Virus record (IMG/VR): IMGVR_UViG_3300032290_000494
Span: 1-36,124 of that record
DNA: 36,124 bases
Source of the DNA: a virus
Taxonomy: Duplodnaviria; Caudoviricetes
Strand: one strand, 5' to 3'
Within the stretch, counting starts at the first letter, position 1, and every line of letters begins with the position of its first letter. Below the pieces are notes generated by a model. It was not told the DNA's origin, searched no databases, and saw only the letters and a program-made list of their open reading frames with translations. The position numbers were made by a program, and so were the translations under genes. Shown in pieces: positions 14,229 to 24,714 of this stretch.

Positions 14229-16583
14229 ATGGCATATCGCAATAACCGTAAGCCGAGTAAGGCCGACATGGCTAAGAACCAAGGTATGTATCAGGACACC
14301 GGGGTTCCCAACGCCAACTCGGAAAACGACGACAGCGAAGATATGTCCGATGAAACTTCTATGGAACTTCCTGACGGTACAGAAGTTTCCATTGAAGAAC
14401 CAGAGATGGAAGACGAGCAGGTAGAAGAGCCTGTATCTGAAGAAGAACTTCAGAACATTATCACCGCCGAGATTGACGACGCGCAGGATTACATCGACGA
14501 TGTGATTTCGCCGGAGCGTGCGCTTGCGGGCCAGTACTATAAGGGCGAACCTTTCGGCAACGAAGAGGAAGGCCGGTCGCAGGCAATGTCTATGGATGTA
14601 CGGGATACTGTACAGGCCATGATGCCGTCGATCATGAAAGTATTTTTCGCGGCGAACAACGTCGTCGAGTTCGCGCCGAACGGTCCGGAGGATATTGAGA
14701 GCGCGCAGCAAGCGACGGATTACGTCAACTACTGCCTGACACGCGATAACAACCTATTCAGCGAATGTTATTCCACATTCAAGGACGCCCTGATCCGCAA
14801 GAACGGTATCATGAAAGTTTGGTGGAATACCGAAAAAGATGTTACGACCCATTACTTTACGGGTTTGGACGAAGCGACATTCTCGGTCCTTCAGGCCGAT
14901 GTCAATATCGAAGTTAAGGACGTAGAGATTACCTACGGCGAGACGATGGTCGAAACGCCTATGGGCATGATGGGCCAAACCCAGCCCGCGACCTACGACT
15001 GCACGGTTGTTCGTACAGTTGAGAAGGGCCGTCTGTGCGTTCAGTCCGTACCGCCCGAAGAGTTCCTGATTGACCGCCGTGCGCGTTCTATTGAAACCGC
15101 CGAATTCGTAGCCCACCGTCGTTATGTTACCGTATCCGATCTTGTGAAGATGGGCTATGATTTCGATGAGGTTGAAAACCTTGGCTTTGAAACGTTGGAT
15201 GATTTTGGCGGCAACGAAGAAACCTTCGACCGTAACCCGCAAGCGTTTGTCCAAATCACCGGCCGCACAGATACGACATCGCGCAAAGTCCTCTACATTG
15301 AGGGCTATGTGTATGTTGATATGGACGGCGACGGGATCGCGGAACTTTGCCGCGTCTGCGTTGCTGGCACGGCCAACAAGATACTGCATTGGGAACCTTG
15401 CGACTTTATTCCGTTTGTAGACTTCTGTCCTGATCCAGAGCCGCACACATTCTTCGGTATGTCGATTGCCGACGTGACGATGGACATTCAGCTTATCAAA
15501 TCGAATATCCTCCGCAACACGCTGGATAGTTTGGCTCAATCAATCCATCCACGTACGGGTGTTGTCGAAGGCCAAGTCAATCTCGAAGACGTGATGAACA
15601 CCGAAGTTGGTGGTATTATCCGTATGCGCGCACCCGGTATGGTGCAGCCATTCACAATGCCGTTCGTCGGGCAGCAAGCATTTCCGATGTTGCAGTATAT
15701 GGACGAACTGCGCGAGAACCGCACAGGTATTTCCAAAGCCGCGTCCGGCCTTGATGCAAACGCGCTTCAGTCCTCGACACGCGCTGCTGTCGCCGCCACG
15801 ATTACTGCTGCGGCGCAACATATCGAACTGATCTGCCGTATCTTTGCTGAGACAGGCATGAAGGGTTTGTTCCGCAAGTCGATGCAGCTTATCGCCAAGA
15901 ACCAAGATGCTCCACGCATGGTGCGTCTGCGCAATACGTTTGTGCCGATTGACCCGCGTGTGTGGGACACGAGCATGGATGTCGTCGTCAACGTCGCTAT
16001 CGGTACTGGTAGCAACGAAGAGAAGATGGCGTTCTTAGGCCAAGTCGCTGCCAAGCAAGAGATGCTTATGCAGATGGGTGCGCCTCTGGTTGACATGCAG
16101 GGCTACTACAATACGCTGGCTCAGATGATGGCGCTAGCTGGCTACAAAGACCCAACTGTATTCTTCAAAGACCCCGCGATGATGCCACCTCCTCCACCGC
16201 CTGCACCACCGCAGCCGACACCGGAAGAGATGTTGTCTCAGGTTCAGATGGAAGCAATCCGCGCTGACATCCAGAAGAAGGCCGCCGAACTTGAGTTGCA
16301 GCGCGAAGAGATGCTGCGCAAGGACGACCGTGAGCGCGACAAACTCGACGCCGATATGATGATTAAGGCAGCCGAGATTGAAGCCAAGTACGGCGCGCAG
16401 GTCAACACGGCTAACATCGAAGCGTTGATGCAGCGTGACCGTGAGTTCCTGCGCCAGCAAGGTGAGATGGAACGTGCAGCGGTGCAGGCTCAACAGGCCG
16501 CGCAGAACGCACAGATGGCGCAAGCAGTTCAGCAAGCGCAAATGCCGATGCAACCTGAAATGCCACCAGAAGGTATGATGTAA
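14229..16583 (+). CDS. Portal protein (P22-like, long C-terminal coiled coil)
   Basis: 784 aa, downstream of terL; YYKGEPFGNEEEGRS, DALIRKNGIMKVWW and a Q-rich coiled-coil tail. Confidence 0.9.
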   Translation: MAYRNNRKPSKADMAKNQGMYQDTGVPNANSENDDSEDMSDETSMELPDGTEVSIEEPEMEDEQVEEPVSEEELQNIITAEIDDAQDYIDDVISPERALAGQYYKGEPFGNEEEGRSQAMSMDVRDTVQAMMPSIMKVFFAANNVVEFAPNGPEDIESAQQATDYVNYCLTRDNNLFSECYSTFKDALIRKNGIMKVWWNTEKDVTTHYFTGLDEATFSVLQADVNIEVKDVEITYGETMVETPMGMMGQTQPATYDCTVVRTVEKGRLCVQSVPPEEFLIDRRARSIETAEFVAHRRYVTVSDLVKMGYDFDEVENLGFETLDDFGGNEETFDRNPQAFVQITGRTDTTSRKVLYIEGYVYVDMDGDGIAELCRVCVAGTANKILHWEPCDFIPFVDFCPDPEPHTFFGMSIADVTMDIQLIKSNILRNTLDSLAQSIHPRTGVVEGQVNLEDVMNTEVGGIIRMRAPGMVQPFTMPFVGQQAFPMLQYMDELRENRTGISKAASGLDANALQSSTRAAVAATITAAAQHIELICRIFAETGMKGLFRKSMQLIAKNQDAPRMVRLRNTFVPIDPRVWDTSMDVVVNVAIGTGSNEEKMAFLGQVAAKQEMLMQMGAPLVDMQGYYNTLAQMMALAGYKDPTVFFKDPAMMPPPPPPAPPQPTPEEMLSQVQMEAIRADIQKKAAELELQREEMLRKDDRERDKLDADMMIKAAEIEAKYGAQVNTANIEALMQRDREFLRQQGEMERAAVQAQQAAQNAQMAQAVQQAQMPMQPEMPPEGMM

Positions 16584-18274
16584 TGTTTGAAGATTATTAC
16601 ATGCCACAGTTTGATGCGGACTATTTCAATAGCCCGGCTTTTCAACGGGACATTGCGGCTGCGTTAGAACAATACTATCCACCTGTTGAGGCTCCTGTTG
16701 AGGCTCCTGTTGAGGCTCCTGTTGAGGCTCCTATAGCCGCTCCTGTTGAGGCTCCTGTCGCAGCGCCTCTTGCAGCGCCCGCGCCCGCACCTGCGGCGAA
16801 TGCACCATTGACGCTTGAGCAGCTTGCGGCAGTAGTGTCACCCGGACGCGACCCGTCGCAGCGGGAACAGATCATCGCCTCGCAAAACCTAGTGCCAACG
16901 CCGTTTTCGATAAATAACTATCTTGAATTTGGAAACGGCCAAGGCGTAGCCGGAGGTGCTCCTACGACGACAGGGCTGTATGCAGGCCACAACTATACGC
17001 TGGTTGATAACAAGACTGGTACGCTACTCGCCCAAGGCAGCACACCTGAAGAAATCCAAAAAATACAGGAAATTGCGAACGACTTAAGTGCTACGCAAGG
17101 TAAGAACGCCGACTGGCGTTTGTATGATGCAAACCCCGAAACTGGCGTTACGAGTATGCACGAAAAGATGCCGGGTGCGTATCTAGACCTTTCCACCCCC
17201 GGTGATCCACGTGGGGTTGTGGTTGCGGGCGACATGCCGAACGACGTATTCAAAGATTTTGTCATACCTGCGCTTACCCCAATAGCACTCGCGGCGGGTG
17301 CATATTTTGGCGGGGGCGCTCTTCTCGGCCAAGCAGCCGGTGGCGGGGCAGCCGCTACTGGTGCAGGTGCGGCTACTGGCGCTACCACTGGCGGTGCTGC
17401 GGCTACTGGTGCTTTAGCCGCGCCAGCGGTGGCGGCAGCGGTCCCTGCCGCCGCCACGGCCGCTTCAACTGTAGCCCCAATTGTTGTTAGTGGAAGTGTT
17501 GCGGGGGGTTTAACCGCCGCGCAAACCGCTGCGCTTGCGGCAGGGCTTGCATCGGCTTACCCAGCGGCGTCAGTTTTGAGCAGCACGGGAACCGGCGCAA
17601 GTTCAAACGTCGTCAACGGCGTTGACCAAACTACAGGCAACATTGTCGTCAGCGGGACTAGGGCCGTGCCCGCAGTTCCAAATTACGGCGGCGTGCTGGC
17701 TGGCGTAACTACGCCTATCGCTACGGAGTTTCTACCAAAGAGCGTATTACCGGAACCCCTACCATCGGAACCTACACCCACAGAAACAACTCCTAAAGAA
17801 GAAATCGTGGTTACTGCGCCAAAGGCAGTAGCCGCCCCTGCACCAATTGCGGGCATTGAGACCGCAATTCCTGCGGCAATTGGTGGCGCGCTTACCGCAG
17901 CGCAAACGGCAGGCACAGCGCCTCCCGCTGAGAAGGGCGGCGTTCTCGGCACTAATCTAACCCTACCTCAACTCTTATCCATCGGCGGTATCGGAGCCGA
18001 TCTTCTGAAAAACCTTTTGGCTGGCGGTGGCGACACCGGCCCAACAACGCCGTACGTATCCCCATTTGGTACAGGCACGGGCATAGGTTTAGGCACAGGT
18101 CGAGATATGCGCGCCAACCCGAACATCGCGGATTATGAGCGGTATGGTTTTGGTCCGGAAGCTATGTTCTTCCAGCCGGGGTACGGCCTTCTTAATTCTG
18201 CGGTTCCGGCCCCGGCTATCCCCCAAGCGCAGCCGATTATGGCAACTAACCCTAGATACGAGCCGTTGATATAA
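16583..18274 (+). CDS. Ala/Pro/Gly-rich putative internal virion (pilot/ejection) protein
   Basis: Coupled to portal (TAATG); low complexity, hydrophobic Gly/Ala segments and IVV(S/T)(G/A) motifs. Confidence 0.65.
   Translation: MFEDYYMPQFDADYFNSPAFQRDIAAALEQYYPPVEAPVEAPVEAPVEAPIAAPVEAPVAAPLAAPAPAPAANAPLTLEQLAAVVSPGRDPSQREQIIASQNLVPTPFSINNYLEFGNGQGVAGGAPTTTGLYAGHNYTLVDNKTGTLLAQGSTPEEIQKIQEIANDLSATQGKNADWRLYDANPETGVTSMHEKMPGAYLDLSTPGDPRGVVVAGDMPNDVFKDFVIPALTPIALAAGAYFGGGALLGQAAGGGAAATGAGAATGATTGGAAATGALAAPAVAAAVPAAATAASTVAPIVVSGSVAGGLTAAQTAALAAGLASAYPAASVLSSTGTGASSNVVNGVDQTTGNIVVSGTRAVPAVPNYGGVLAGVTTPIATEFLPKSVLPEPLPSEPTPTETTPKEEIVVTAPKAVAAPAPIAGIETAIPAAIGGALTAAQTAGTAPPAEKGGVLGTNLTLPQLLSIGGIGADLLKNLLAGGGDTGPTTPYVSPFGTGTGIGLGTGRDMRANPNIADYERYGFGPEAMFFQPGYGLLNSAVPAPAIPQAQPIMATNPRYEPLI
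16682..16753 (+). repeat. 12-bp in-frame tandem repeat (CCTGTTGAGGCT, encoding PVEA)
   Basis: Four perfect copies at 16682-16729, one variant, then one more perfect copy at 16742-16753. Confidence 0.95.
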
Positions 18275-18504
18275 TGGACCCTATTACAAAAGCTAACCAC
18301 GCAAAGCGTCTTCTTGAGGATGACATTCTCAAGGAGGCATTTGCCGCAGTGGAAAAAGATATTTTTGAAGAGTGGCGTATGTCGGCACATACTGACTACA
18401 GCGGACGCTCTGACATGTTTCACACGCTCAAAGGACTTGAGCGGTTGAAAGCCCGCCTACAGGCAATTCTTGATGATGGCCTAGTCGCCAAATCAAGGAG
18501 TTAA
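18274..18504 (+). CDS. Small head-module protein
   Basis: 76-aa helical ORF coupled to the upstream gene, preceding the scaffold. Confidence 0.75.
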   Translation: MDPITKANHAKRLLEDDILKEAFAAVEKDIFEEWRMSAHTDYSGRSDMFHTLKGLERLKARLQAILDDGLVAKSRS

Positions 18505-18526
18505 CATTTAATAGAGAAGGTGCTAT

Positions 18527-19537
18527 ATGACGGAACAAGTCGGCAACCCCAGTGCAGGGATCGGCCTCCACGAAGCAACACTAGCCATCGACCAACTGCT
18601 TGGCCCGGATGAGGACAACCAAGATCAGGACGAGGCGCAAGAGCCTGAAGAGGCTCAGGACGACGCGGAAGAAACTGAAGCCGAGAATTACTCGGAAGAA
18701 AATGAAGCCGAAGAGTCTGACCCGGATGAAGAGTACGACACAGAAGAGGTTATCGAACAGGAACTTCCTGACGATCTAGTCATCAAGGTAAAAGATGATG
18801 GCAAAGAAGTGGAAGTCACCCTTGACGAACTTCGGAAAGGTTATTCTCGTTATTCGGATTACACACGGAAAACTCAGGCATTAGCTGAAGAACGCAAGTC
18901 GTTCCACGGCGAAGCCGAAGCGATCCGTATGGAACGCGCTCAATACGCGGAACTGCTACCGGCGCTTAAAGCGCAACTTGAGGTACAGTCCGAAGCTGAG
19001 CCTGATTGGGACAATCTTTATAACGAAGACCCCATTGAGGCGGCGCGGTTGGAACGGCATTGGAATAAGTCTCGTCAGGAGCGAGCCGCTAAACTTCAGG
19101 CTATTAATACTGAACAGCAGCGGATTGCGGAAGAGATGAGCAAAGAGCAACAGCGGGCATTGGCTGACATTGTACAGTCAGAGCGCGCCAAACTCACCGA
19201 CGTAATTCCTGAATGGAAAGACGAAGGCACAATGCAAAGCGAAGCTAAGGAACTTCGTGAATGGGCTTTGAACAACGGGTTTAGTGAACGCGACCTAAGC
19301 GCACTTGTCCAAGCCAGTCACGTGTCAATCCTTCGCAAAGCTATGATGTTTGATAAGGGTTCGAAGAAAGTGGAAAAAGTGAAGGCACAGCCAAGAAAGG
19401 TTGCCCGGATCGTTCGCCCCGGTTCTTCAGGTACTCAAGTCAATACGCGTTCCTCCGACGTAACGAAAGCGTCCCAGCGCCTTGCGCGTACGGGCCGTGT
19501 CGCAGATGCGGCGGCTCTCTTGGATAAACTCATTTAA
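18527..19537 (+). CDS. Capsid scaffolding protein
   Basis: Acidic N-terminus, VTLDELRKGYSRYSDYTRKTQ motif, coiled coil; directly upstream of the capsid gene. Confidence 0.88.
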   Translation: MTEQVGNPSAGIGLHEATLAIDQLLGPDEDNQDQDEAQEPEEAQDDAEETEAENYSEENEAEESDPDEEYDTEEVIEQELPDDLVIKVKDDGKEVEVTLDELRKGYSRYSDYTRKTQALAEERKSFHGEAEAIRMERAQYAELLPALKAQLEVQSEAEPDWDNLYNEDPIEAARLERHWNKSRQERAAKLQAINTEQQRIAEEMSKEQQRALADIVQSERAKLTDVIPEWKDEGTMQSEAKELREWALNNGFSERDLSALVQASHVSILRKAMMFDKGSKKVEKVKAQPRKVARIVRPGSSGTQVNTRSSDVTKASQRLARTGRVADAAALLDKLI

Positions 19538-19552
19538 TAAGGATGTGAACTA

Positions 19553-20515
19553 ATGGCTATTGTAGCAAATACTTTTACCCGGTACTCAGCTATCGGTATT
19601 CGTGAAGACTTGTCGAACGTTATCTATAACATCTCGCCAGAAGAAACTCCGTTCATTTCGAACATCGGTCGCGAGAGCGTCAAGAACACCTACTTCGAAT
19701 GGCAGACCGACGCTTTGGCTGCGGCTTCGGCTTCTAACGCCGCACTCGAAGGTGACGACATTTCTTCGTTCACTGCTGTTAGCCCAACCGCTCGCGTTGG
19801 TAACTACACGCAGATCAGCACGAAGAACGTCGTAATCTCCGGTACGCTTGAAGCAGTCGATAAGGCTGGTCGTCGTAACGAAATGACCTATCAGCTTGCC
19901 AAGCTGGGTTCGGAACTGAAGCGCGACATGGAAGCCGCTCTTCTTGCCAACCAAGCATCGGTTGCTGGTAACACCACCACTGCACGTCGTACTGCTGGTC
20001 TGCCTGCATGGTTGACTTCGAACACCTCGTTCGGTTCAGGCGGTGCTAACCCAACTGTTGGCTCAACCCCAACTGCTGCTCGTACCGATGGTACGCAGCG
20101 TGCGTTCACAGAAGCACTTCTGAAGAACGTAATCCAGCAGGTCTGGACTTCGGGTGGCACGCCAAAGATGTTGATGGTTGGTCCTTTCAACAAGACCGCC
20201 GCTTCGGCATTCGCCGGTATCGCCACGAAGTTCCGTGACGTTCCTGCTGGCCAGCAGGCGCAGATCATCGGCGCAGCCGACGTTTATGTGTCTGACTTCG
20301 GTACGGTCAACATCGTTCCTAACCGCTTCCAGCGTGACCGTGATGCGTTCGTAGTCGATCCTGATTACGCATCGTTGGCCGTTCTTCGTCCAATCCAGAA
20401 AATGGACTTGGCGAAAACCGGCGACGCCGAGAAGGCTTTGCTCCTCGTTGAGTATGGTCTGAAGGTAAACAGCCAAGCCGCGCACGGTATCGTAGCCGAC
20501 TTGACCACTTCGTAA
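19553..20515 (+). CDS. Major capsid protein (DUF5309-type)
   Basis: REDLSNVIYNISPEETPF, EWQTD, NYTQI, ELKRDME and YVSDFG; followed by a hairpin. Confidence 0.92.
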   Translation: MAIVANTFTRYSAIGIREDLSNVIYNISPEETPFISNIGRESVKNTYFEWQTDALAAASASNAALEGDDISSFTAVSPTARVGNYTQISTKNVVISGTLEAVDKAGRRNEMTYQLAKLGSELKRDMEAALLANQASVAGNTTTARRTAGLPAWLTSNTSFGSGGANPTVGSTPTAARTDGTQRAFTEALLKNVIQQVWTSGGTPKMLMVGPFNKTAASAFAGIATKFRDVPAGQQAQIIGAADVYVSDFGTVNIVPNRFQRDRDAFVVDPDYASLAVLRPIQKMDLAKTGDAEKALLLVEYGLKVNSQAAHGIVADLTTS

Positions 20516-20530
20516 GAAGGTCTATTTGGG

Positions 20531-20553
20531 TGAGGGGGCATAACGCCCCCTCA
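20531..20553 (+). terminator. Hairpin after the capsid gene (terminator or mRNA stabiliser)
   Basis: tgagggggc-ataac-gccccctca; no strong U tract. Confidence 0.6.
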
Positions 20554-20572
20554 TCTAACTATTGAGGGTTTT

Positions 20573-20878
20573 ATGACTAAACGCCTTATCAACGACGATG
20601 CTTTCACAGGCGTCAAAACATTTTACGATTACGATGCCGAAAAGGACGAAGCGATCATCTCGAAAGAGCAAGACGTTTCGGCAATCATTGAGCAGAACAA
20701 GCGCGAATACTTAGACGCGCCGGAACGCTGGGGTGAATGGACAAAGGTTGGCAGCATCCCTATTTCAGTGTATTACGAACTAGAACGCCAAGGTATCACA
20801 CAAGACCAAGAGGCGATGAAGAAGTGGTTGAACGATCCAGATAATCGTTACTTCCGCACAAGGCCGGGGACTGTCTAA
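20573..20878 (+). CDS. Phage hypothetical protein (101 aa)
   Basis: QDVSAIIEQN, VGSIP and KWLNDPDNRYFRT motifs; typical post-capsid position. Confidence 0.8.
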   Translation: MTKRLINDDAFTGVKTFYDYDAEKDEAIISKEQDVSAIIEQNKREYLDAPERWGEWTKVGSIPISVYYELERQGITQDQEAMKKWLNDPDNRYFRTRPGTV

Positions 20879-21498
20879 TGGCGATTACGACGTATTCAGA
20901 GTTGAGGACTGCAGTCGCCGATTGGCTCAACCGATCTGATCTGACGACTGCTATTCCAAACTTTATCTCGCTTGCTGAAGCGCAGATGAGCCGCCAAATC
21001 CGTCACCGTAAGATGGTGTCGCGGGCGACCGCAACTATGGATACGCCGTACTTTGCTGTTCCTGCTGACTGGAAAGAAACAATCCGGTTCCAGTTGAACA
21101 CAAATCCTATTACTCCGCTGGTTTACGTCACGCCGGAACAGCTTCTTGAAGACAGCCAAAGCTACAGTTCCGCAGGCCAACCGATATTTTTCACAACCGT
21201 TGGTCAGCAATTTGAAGTTCTTCCGCAGCCCGACGGGTCTTACGACGCGGAACTTCTCTACTACGCCAAGTTGCCTGCATTGTCTGACGCAGCGCCGACC
21301 AATTGGCTTTTGACTGAAAGCCCAGACATCTACCTATACGGCACGCTGGCTCAGTCCGCGCCGTACTTAAAGGAAGATGAACGCACAGCCATCTGGACTT
21401 CTTTGTATGAGAAGATGGTAGAGGATATGCGCATCGCCGACGAGCGCGCTCGTATTGGTTCGTCTAAACTTAAACCCCGCATAAGGACATTCGGATGA
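20878..21498 (+). CDS. Head-tail adaptor-like protein
   Basis: TYSELRTAVADWLNRSDL, FISLAEA and NWLL...PDIYLYG; gene position. Confidence 0.78.
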   Translation: MAITTYSELRTAVADWLNRSDLTTAIPNFISLAEAQMSRQIRHRKMVSRATATMDTPYFAVPADWKETIRFQLNTNPITPLVYVTPEQLLEDSQSYSSAGQPIFFTTVGQQFEVLPQPDGSYDAELLYYAKLPALSDAAPTNWLLTESPDIYLYGTLAQSAPYLKEDERTAIWTSLYEKMVEDMRIADERARIGSSKLKPRIRTFG

Positions 21499-21875
21499 GT
21501 TTCTCCAATTATCTTGAGAACAAGGTTCTCGGCCATGTGTTTGGTGCGGTTCCGTACACCGCGCCTGCTACTCTGTATGTCGGGTTGTACACGTCCGATC
21601 CGGGTGAGGCTAACACAGGGACGGAAGTCTCTGGCGGCTCTTACGCTCGGCAAACGATTGCGTTTACCGTCACGGCCAACCAAGCGTCCAATACGGCGGC
21701 TGTTGAATTTCCGACTGCGAGTGCATCATGGGGAACAGTAACCTACGCTGCAATCTTTGACGCTTCCACGGGCGGCAATATGCTTTCCTATGGTCCGTTG
21801 ACCACGAGCAAGACGATTGCAAGCGGTGACGTTCTCCGTATTCCTGCGGGCGACTTCGACATCAATCTGGACTAA
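21495..21875 (+). CDS. Tail-associated structural protein
   Basis: SNYLENKVL, EVSGGSYARQ and WGTVT...DASTGGNML motifs. Confidence 0.75.
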   Translation: MSFSNYLENKVLGHVFGAVPYTAPATLYVGLYTSDPGEANTGTEVSGGSYARQTIAFTVTANQASNTAAVEFPTASASWGTVTYAAIFDASTGGNMLSYGPLTTSKTIASGDVLRIPAGDFDINLD

Positions 21876-21879
21876 GTAG

Positions 21880-22521
21880 ATGGCTGGCTACGGCAGCGGT
21901 CTATTCGGACGCGGTAATTACGGGATAGACCCTAAAGAGGCGTCTATCACCGTAAATGCTGCGTCTAGTGCTGCCGTCTCCGCGCAACGTATCCTGCTGG
22001 CCGCTGTCTCCGACACAGCCTCGTCCTCGACGACTGTCACCGCGCAGAAGATTAACCTTGCGGCAGTCACGGCCAACGCCACATCAAGCGCGTCTGTCAC
22101 GGTTGACCGTGTCCAGAACGCTGCTGTGACTTCTACCGCAACGTCTAGCGTATCCGTGGCAGCAACCCGCGTTCAATTTGCTTCTTGCGTTTCAAACGCC
22201 ACTGCAAGCGTAACTGTATCTCTGCAAGGCGTGTTCCTTGTCAAGATCACGACGAACGCAATCTCATCGACAAACGTGTCTGTAGTTCGCAAGACGCCGA
22301 CATCTGTTGTCTGTAATGCCCAATCTAGCGTCACGATTAACGCCACAAAGAAGTGGGAGCCGGAGCCAATTACGCCGGAAACGTGGGATGCGGTAGCCGA
22401 TACTTCGGAAAGTTGGACACCGATTGAAGTAATTGCAGAAACTTGGACACCGCAATCAATAACTAACGAGACATGGACGCCAATTTCTGATACAGCAGAA
22501 ATATGGCAGCAAGCTGCGTGA
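21880..22521 (+). CDS. Ser/Thr/Ala/Val-rich structural protein with C-terminal ETWTP repeats
   Basis: Beta-repeat-like composition and about five E(T/S/I)W repeats. Confidence 0.7.
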   Translation: MAGYGSGLFGRGNYGIDPKEASITVNAASSAAVSAQRILLAAVSDTASSSTTVTAQKINLAAVTANATSSASVTVDRVQNAAVTSTATSSVSVAATRVQFASCVSNATASVTVSLQGVFLVKITTNAISSTNVSVVRKTPTSVVCNAQSSVTINATKKWEPEPITPETWDAVADTSESWTPIEVIAETWTPQSITNETWTPISDTAEIWQQAA

Positions 22522-22529
22522 GGACTTAA

Positions 22530-24380
22530 ATGGCTGATACAACCACAACAAACCTTGGATTAACGAAACCTGAAGTCGGCGCATCCGCCGATACTTGGGG
22601 GACGAAACTCAATACGGACCTTGATACTATTGACGCGCTGTTCAAAGCAGACGGCACTGGCACGAGCGTTGGCGTTAACGTCGGCTCTGGTAAAGTCCTG
22701 ACTGTAGCTGGCAGCATTACGGCCAATGGCGCGTCGATCAGCCCTACGGAACTTAGCTATCTGGACAACGTAACGTCGAATATCCAGACGCAGCTTAACA
22801 CCAAAATCGACGGTACGATGACTGCCAACTATCTGGCGAAAGCCGCCGATAGCAATACGGTCAGCGCGTCTGTGGTATACGACAACGGCACGAACGTCGG
22901 GATCGGTACGAGTTCGCCAAGTACTAAATTCCAAGTCAACCAAACTGGGGGCAACTTTTTTGTAGGCGCGGCTTTCGCTAAGGTGGAAAACACTTCTGGA
23001 GCATCAGCAACTCTTGTTCTGGCCGATACTACAGACGAAGCATCAATTAAAAATATCGGTTCTGCGTTGGCCTTCAGCGGCAGTGGCACAGAACGTATGC
23101 GCATCGACGGCGTTGGCAACGTCGGGATTGGTACGAGTTCGCCTATTTCCGGTGGGTTTTTGACTGTTGGTAGCGGGAGCGGAAGTAGCACTGCGGTCCA
23201 GTACCTGAACGCAGGTTCAGGGGGTTCGGCCCTGCTTGGCAGGATTAGTGGTAACAACACTTGGTTTATAGGCGACACGGTCGCCGCTCTTGGCTCTGGT
23301 ACGGGCATGCTGAATTTTATCTACGGGGCAAACCCGTGGATTGTTTATCTGAACAACGCAGAACGTATGCGCATCGACGCCAGCGGTAACGTACTAGCAG
23401 GTTTAACTTCCGCTTCTGGTTTGACTGCGGGCGGAGGCAGCATCGTCGCAAATGGCGTGCTTATGGCAAAGAACGCACTTAGCGACCATCAAACAAACGC
23501 TGGTGTTCTTCAATACACGGGTAACGTGACCACCATTCGGTCTTACGGCGCTACGGCCAGCAGTGGCGTAATTGCGTTTAACACGGGTGGCGGTGGCGGC
23601 TCAGCAGATGCAGAACGTATGCGCATCGACAGCAGCGGCAACGTCGGGATTGGTACGAGTTCGCCGGGTGCGAAGCTGGATGTTAATGGCGGAAACGCAA
23701 ACACCGAAGTTCGCTTCAATTATGCAGATAACACTCCGGGACGCACCGTTACGTTGCGTATGGCAAGTACATCAAACGCTTCATACACTGGCGCTGGTGC
23801 GTATGTTCAGGGTATTCAAGGCGCGGGTGTTGATGTCCATAGCTTAGCGTTTGGAACCACTCAGGGCAGCACTTCCGCCACAGAACGTATGCGCATCGAC
23901 AGCAGCGGCAACTTGCTGGTGGGGACGACGACATTCCCGAATGCCGGAGGGGTCGGGTTTGCGGTAGGCTTCAGCAGTGGGAACCCCTATCAAGAAACAC
24001 GGGTAAACACCACGGCCTCATGGGGCCATCTGTCTTTCTTCAACCCGAACGGGGGCGTAGGGTCAATCTCAACAAGCGGTTCGCTTACTTCGTACAACGT
24101 CACCTCAGATGCCCGCCTAAAGCATGACATCGTTGACGCGCCAGATGCGGCCAATCTTATCGACGCAATCCAAGTCCGCAGCTTCAAGTGGAACGCGGAC
24201 AACAGCGAACAACGCTATGGCTTCGTGGCTCAAGAACTGTTGGAAGTCGCACCAGAGGCAGTGCATCAACCAGAAGACCCTGACGCTACTATGGGCGTGG
24301 ACTACTCCAAATTGGTCCCGATGCTGGTCAAGGAACTACAATCACTCCGCGCCCGCGTGGCCGAATTAGAAGGAAACTAA
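22530..24380 (+). CDS. Tail fibre with C-terminal intramolecular chaperone (peptidase S74)
   Basis: [18 protein letters not shown] repeats, SDARLKHDI cleavage motif, YGFVAQE and [15 protein letters not shown]. Confidence 0.92.
   Translation: MADTTTTNLGLTKPEVGASADTWGTKLNTDLDTIDALFKADGTGTSVGVNVGSGKVLTVAGSITANGASISPTELSYLDNVTSNIQTQLNTKIDGTMTANYLAKAADSNTVSASVVYDNGTNVGIGTSSPSTKFQVNQTGGNFFVGAAFAKVENTSGASATLVLADTTDEASIKNIGSALAFSGSGTERMRIDGVGNVGIGTSSPISGGFLTVGSGSGSSTAVQYLNAGSGGSALLGRISGNNTWFIGDTVAALGSGTGMLNFIYGANPWIVYLNNAERMRIDASGNVLAGLTSASGLTAGGGSIVANGVLMAKNALSDHQTNAGVLQYTGNVTTIRSYGATASSGVIAFNTGGGGGSADAERMRIDSSGNVGIGTSSPGAKLDVNGGNANTEVRFNYADNTPGRTVTLRMASTSNASYTGAGAYVQGIQGAGVDVHSLAFGTTQGSTSATERMRIDSSGNLLVGTTTFPNAGGVGFAVGFSSGNPYQETRVNTTASWGHLSFFNPNGGVGSISTSGSLTSYNVTSDARLKHDIVDAPDAANLIDAIQVRSFKWNADNSEQRYGFVAQELLEVAPEAVHQPEDPDATMGVDYSKLVPMLVKELQSLRARVAELEGN
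22893..23910 (+). repeat. Dispersed nucleotide-identical direct repeats at tail-fibre module junctions
   Basis: CAGAACGTATGCGCATCGAC at 23089, 23359, 23611 and 23881; AACGTCGGGATYGGTACGAGTTCGCC at 22893, 23118 and 23640. Confidence 0.92.
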
Positions 24381-24381
24381 A

Positions 24382-24702
24382 ATGGAAACCACTTGGAAAG
24401 TATCGCAGCTTGACTGCTACCCAGAGTATGAAGGTAACGCTGACATTGTATTCACCGTGCATTGGTCGGTTGCCGCACAGGACGGCGAGTTCTCTGGTTA
24501 CAGCTACGGCTCACAAGCCCTGACGCTTGATCCAGAAGCGACCTTCACACCATTCGCCGACCTGACCGAAGCGCAGGTAATCGGATGGGTTCAATCTGCA
24601 ATGGGCGAAGAAGCTGTTGCCGCAGTTGAGGCGAACCTTGCAACTCAGATTGAGAACGCCAAGAACCCCCCAGTTGTAAATCCACCTCTTCCTTGGGGCT
24701 AA
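24382..24702 (+). CDS. Tail-fibre-associated protein
   Basis: VFTVHW, FTPFADLTEAQVIGWV and PPLPW motifs; directly follows the fibre gene. Confidence 0.7.
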   Translation: METTWKVSQLDCYPEYEGNADIVFTVHWSVAAQDGEFSGYSYGSQALTLDPEATFTPFADLTEAQVIGWVQSAMGEEAVAAVEANLATQIENAKNPPVVNPPLPWG

Positions 24703-24714
24703 AGGAAACGCACG

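Noticed and set aside
23089-23900. CRISPR array or DGR in the regularly spaced 20-bp repeats
   Set aside because: Spacers are 232-250 bp of in-frame coding sequence; there is no cas operon, reverse transcriptase or adenine-specific TR/VR pair.
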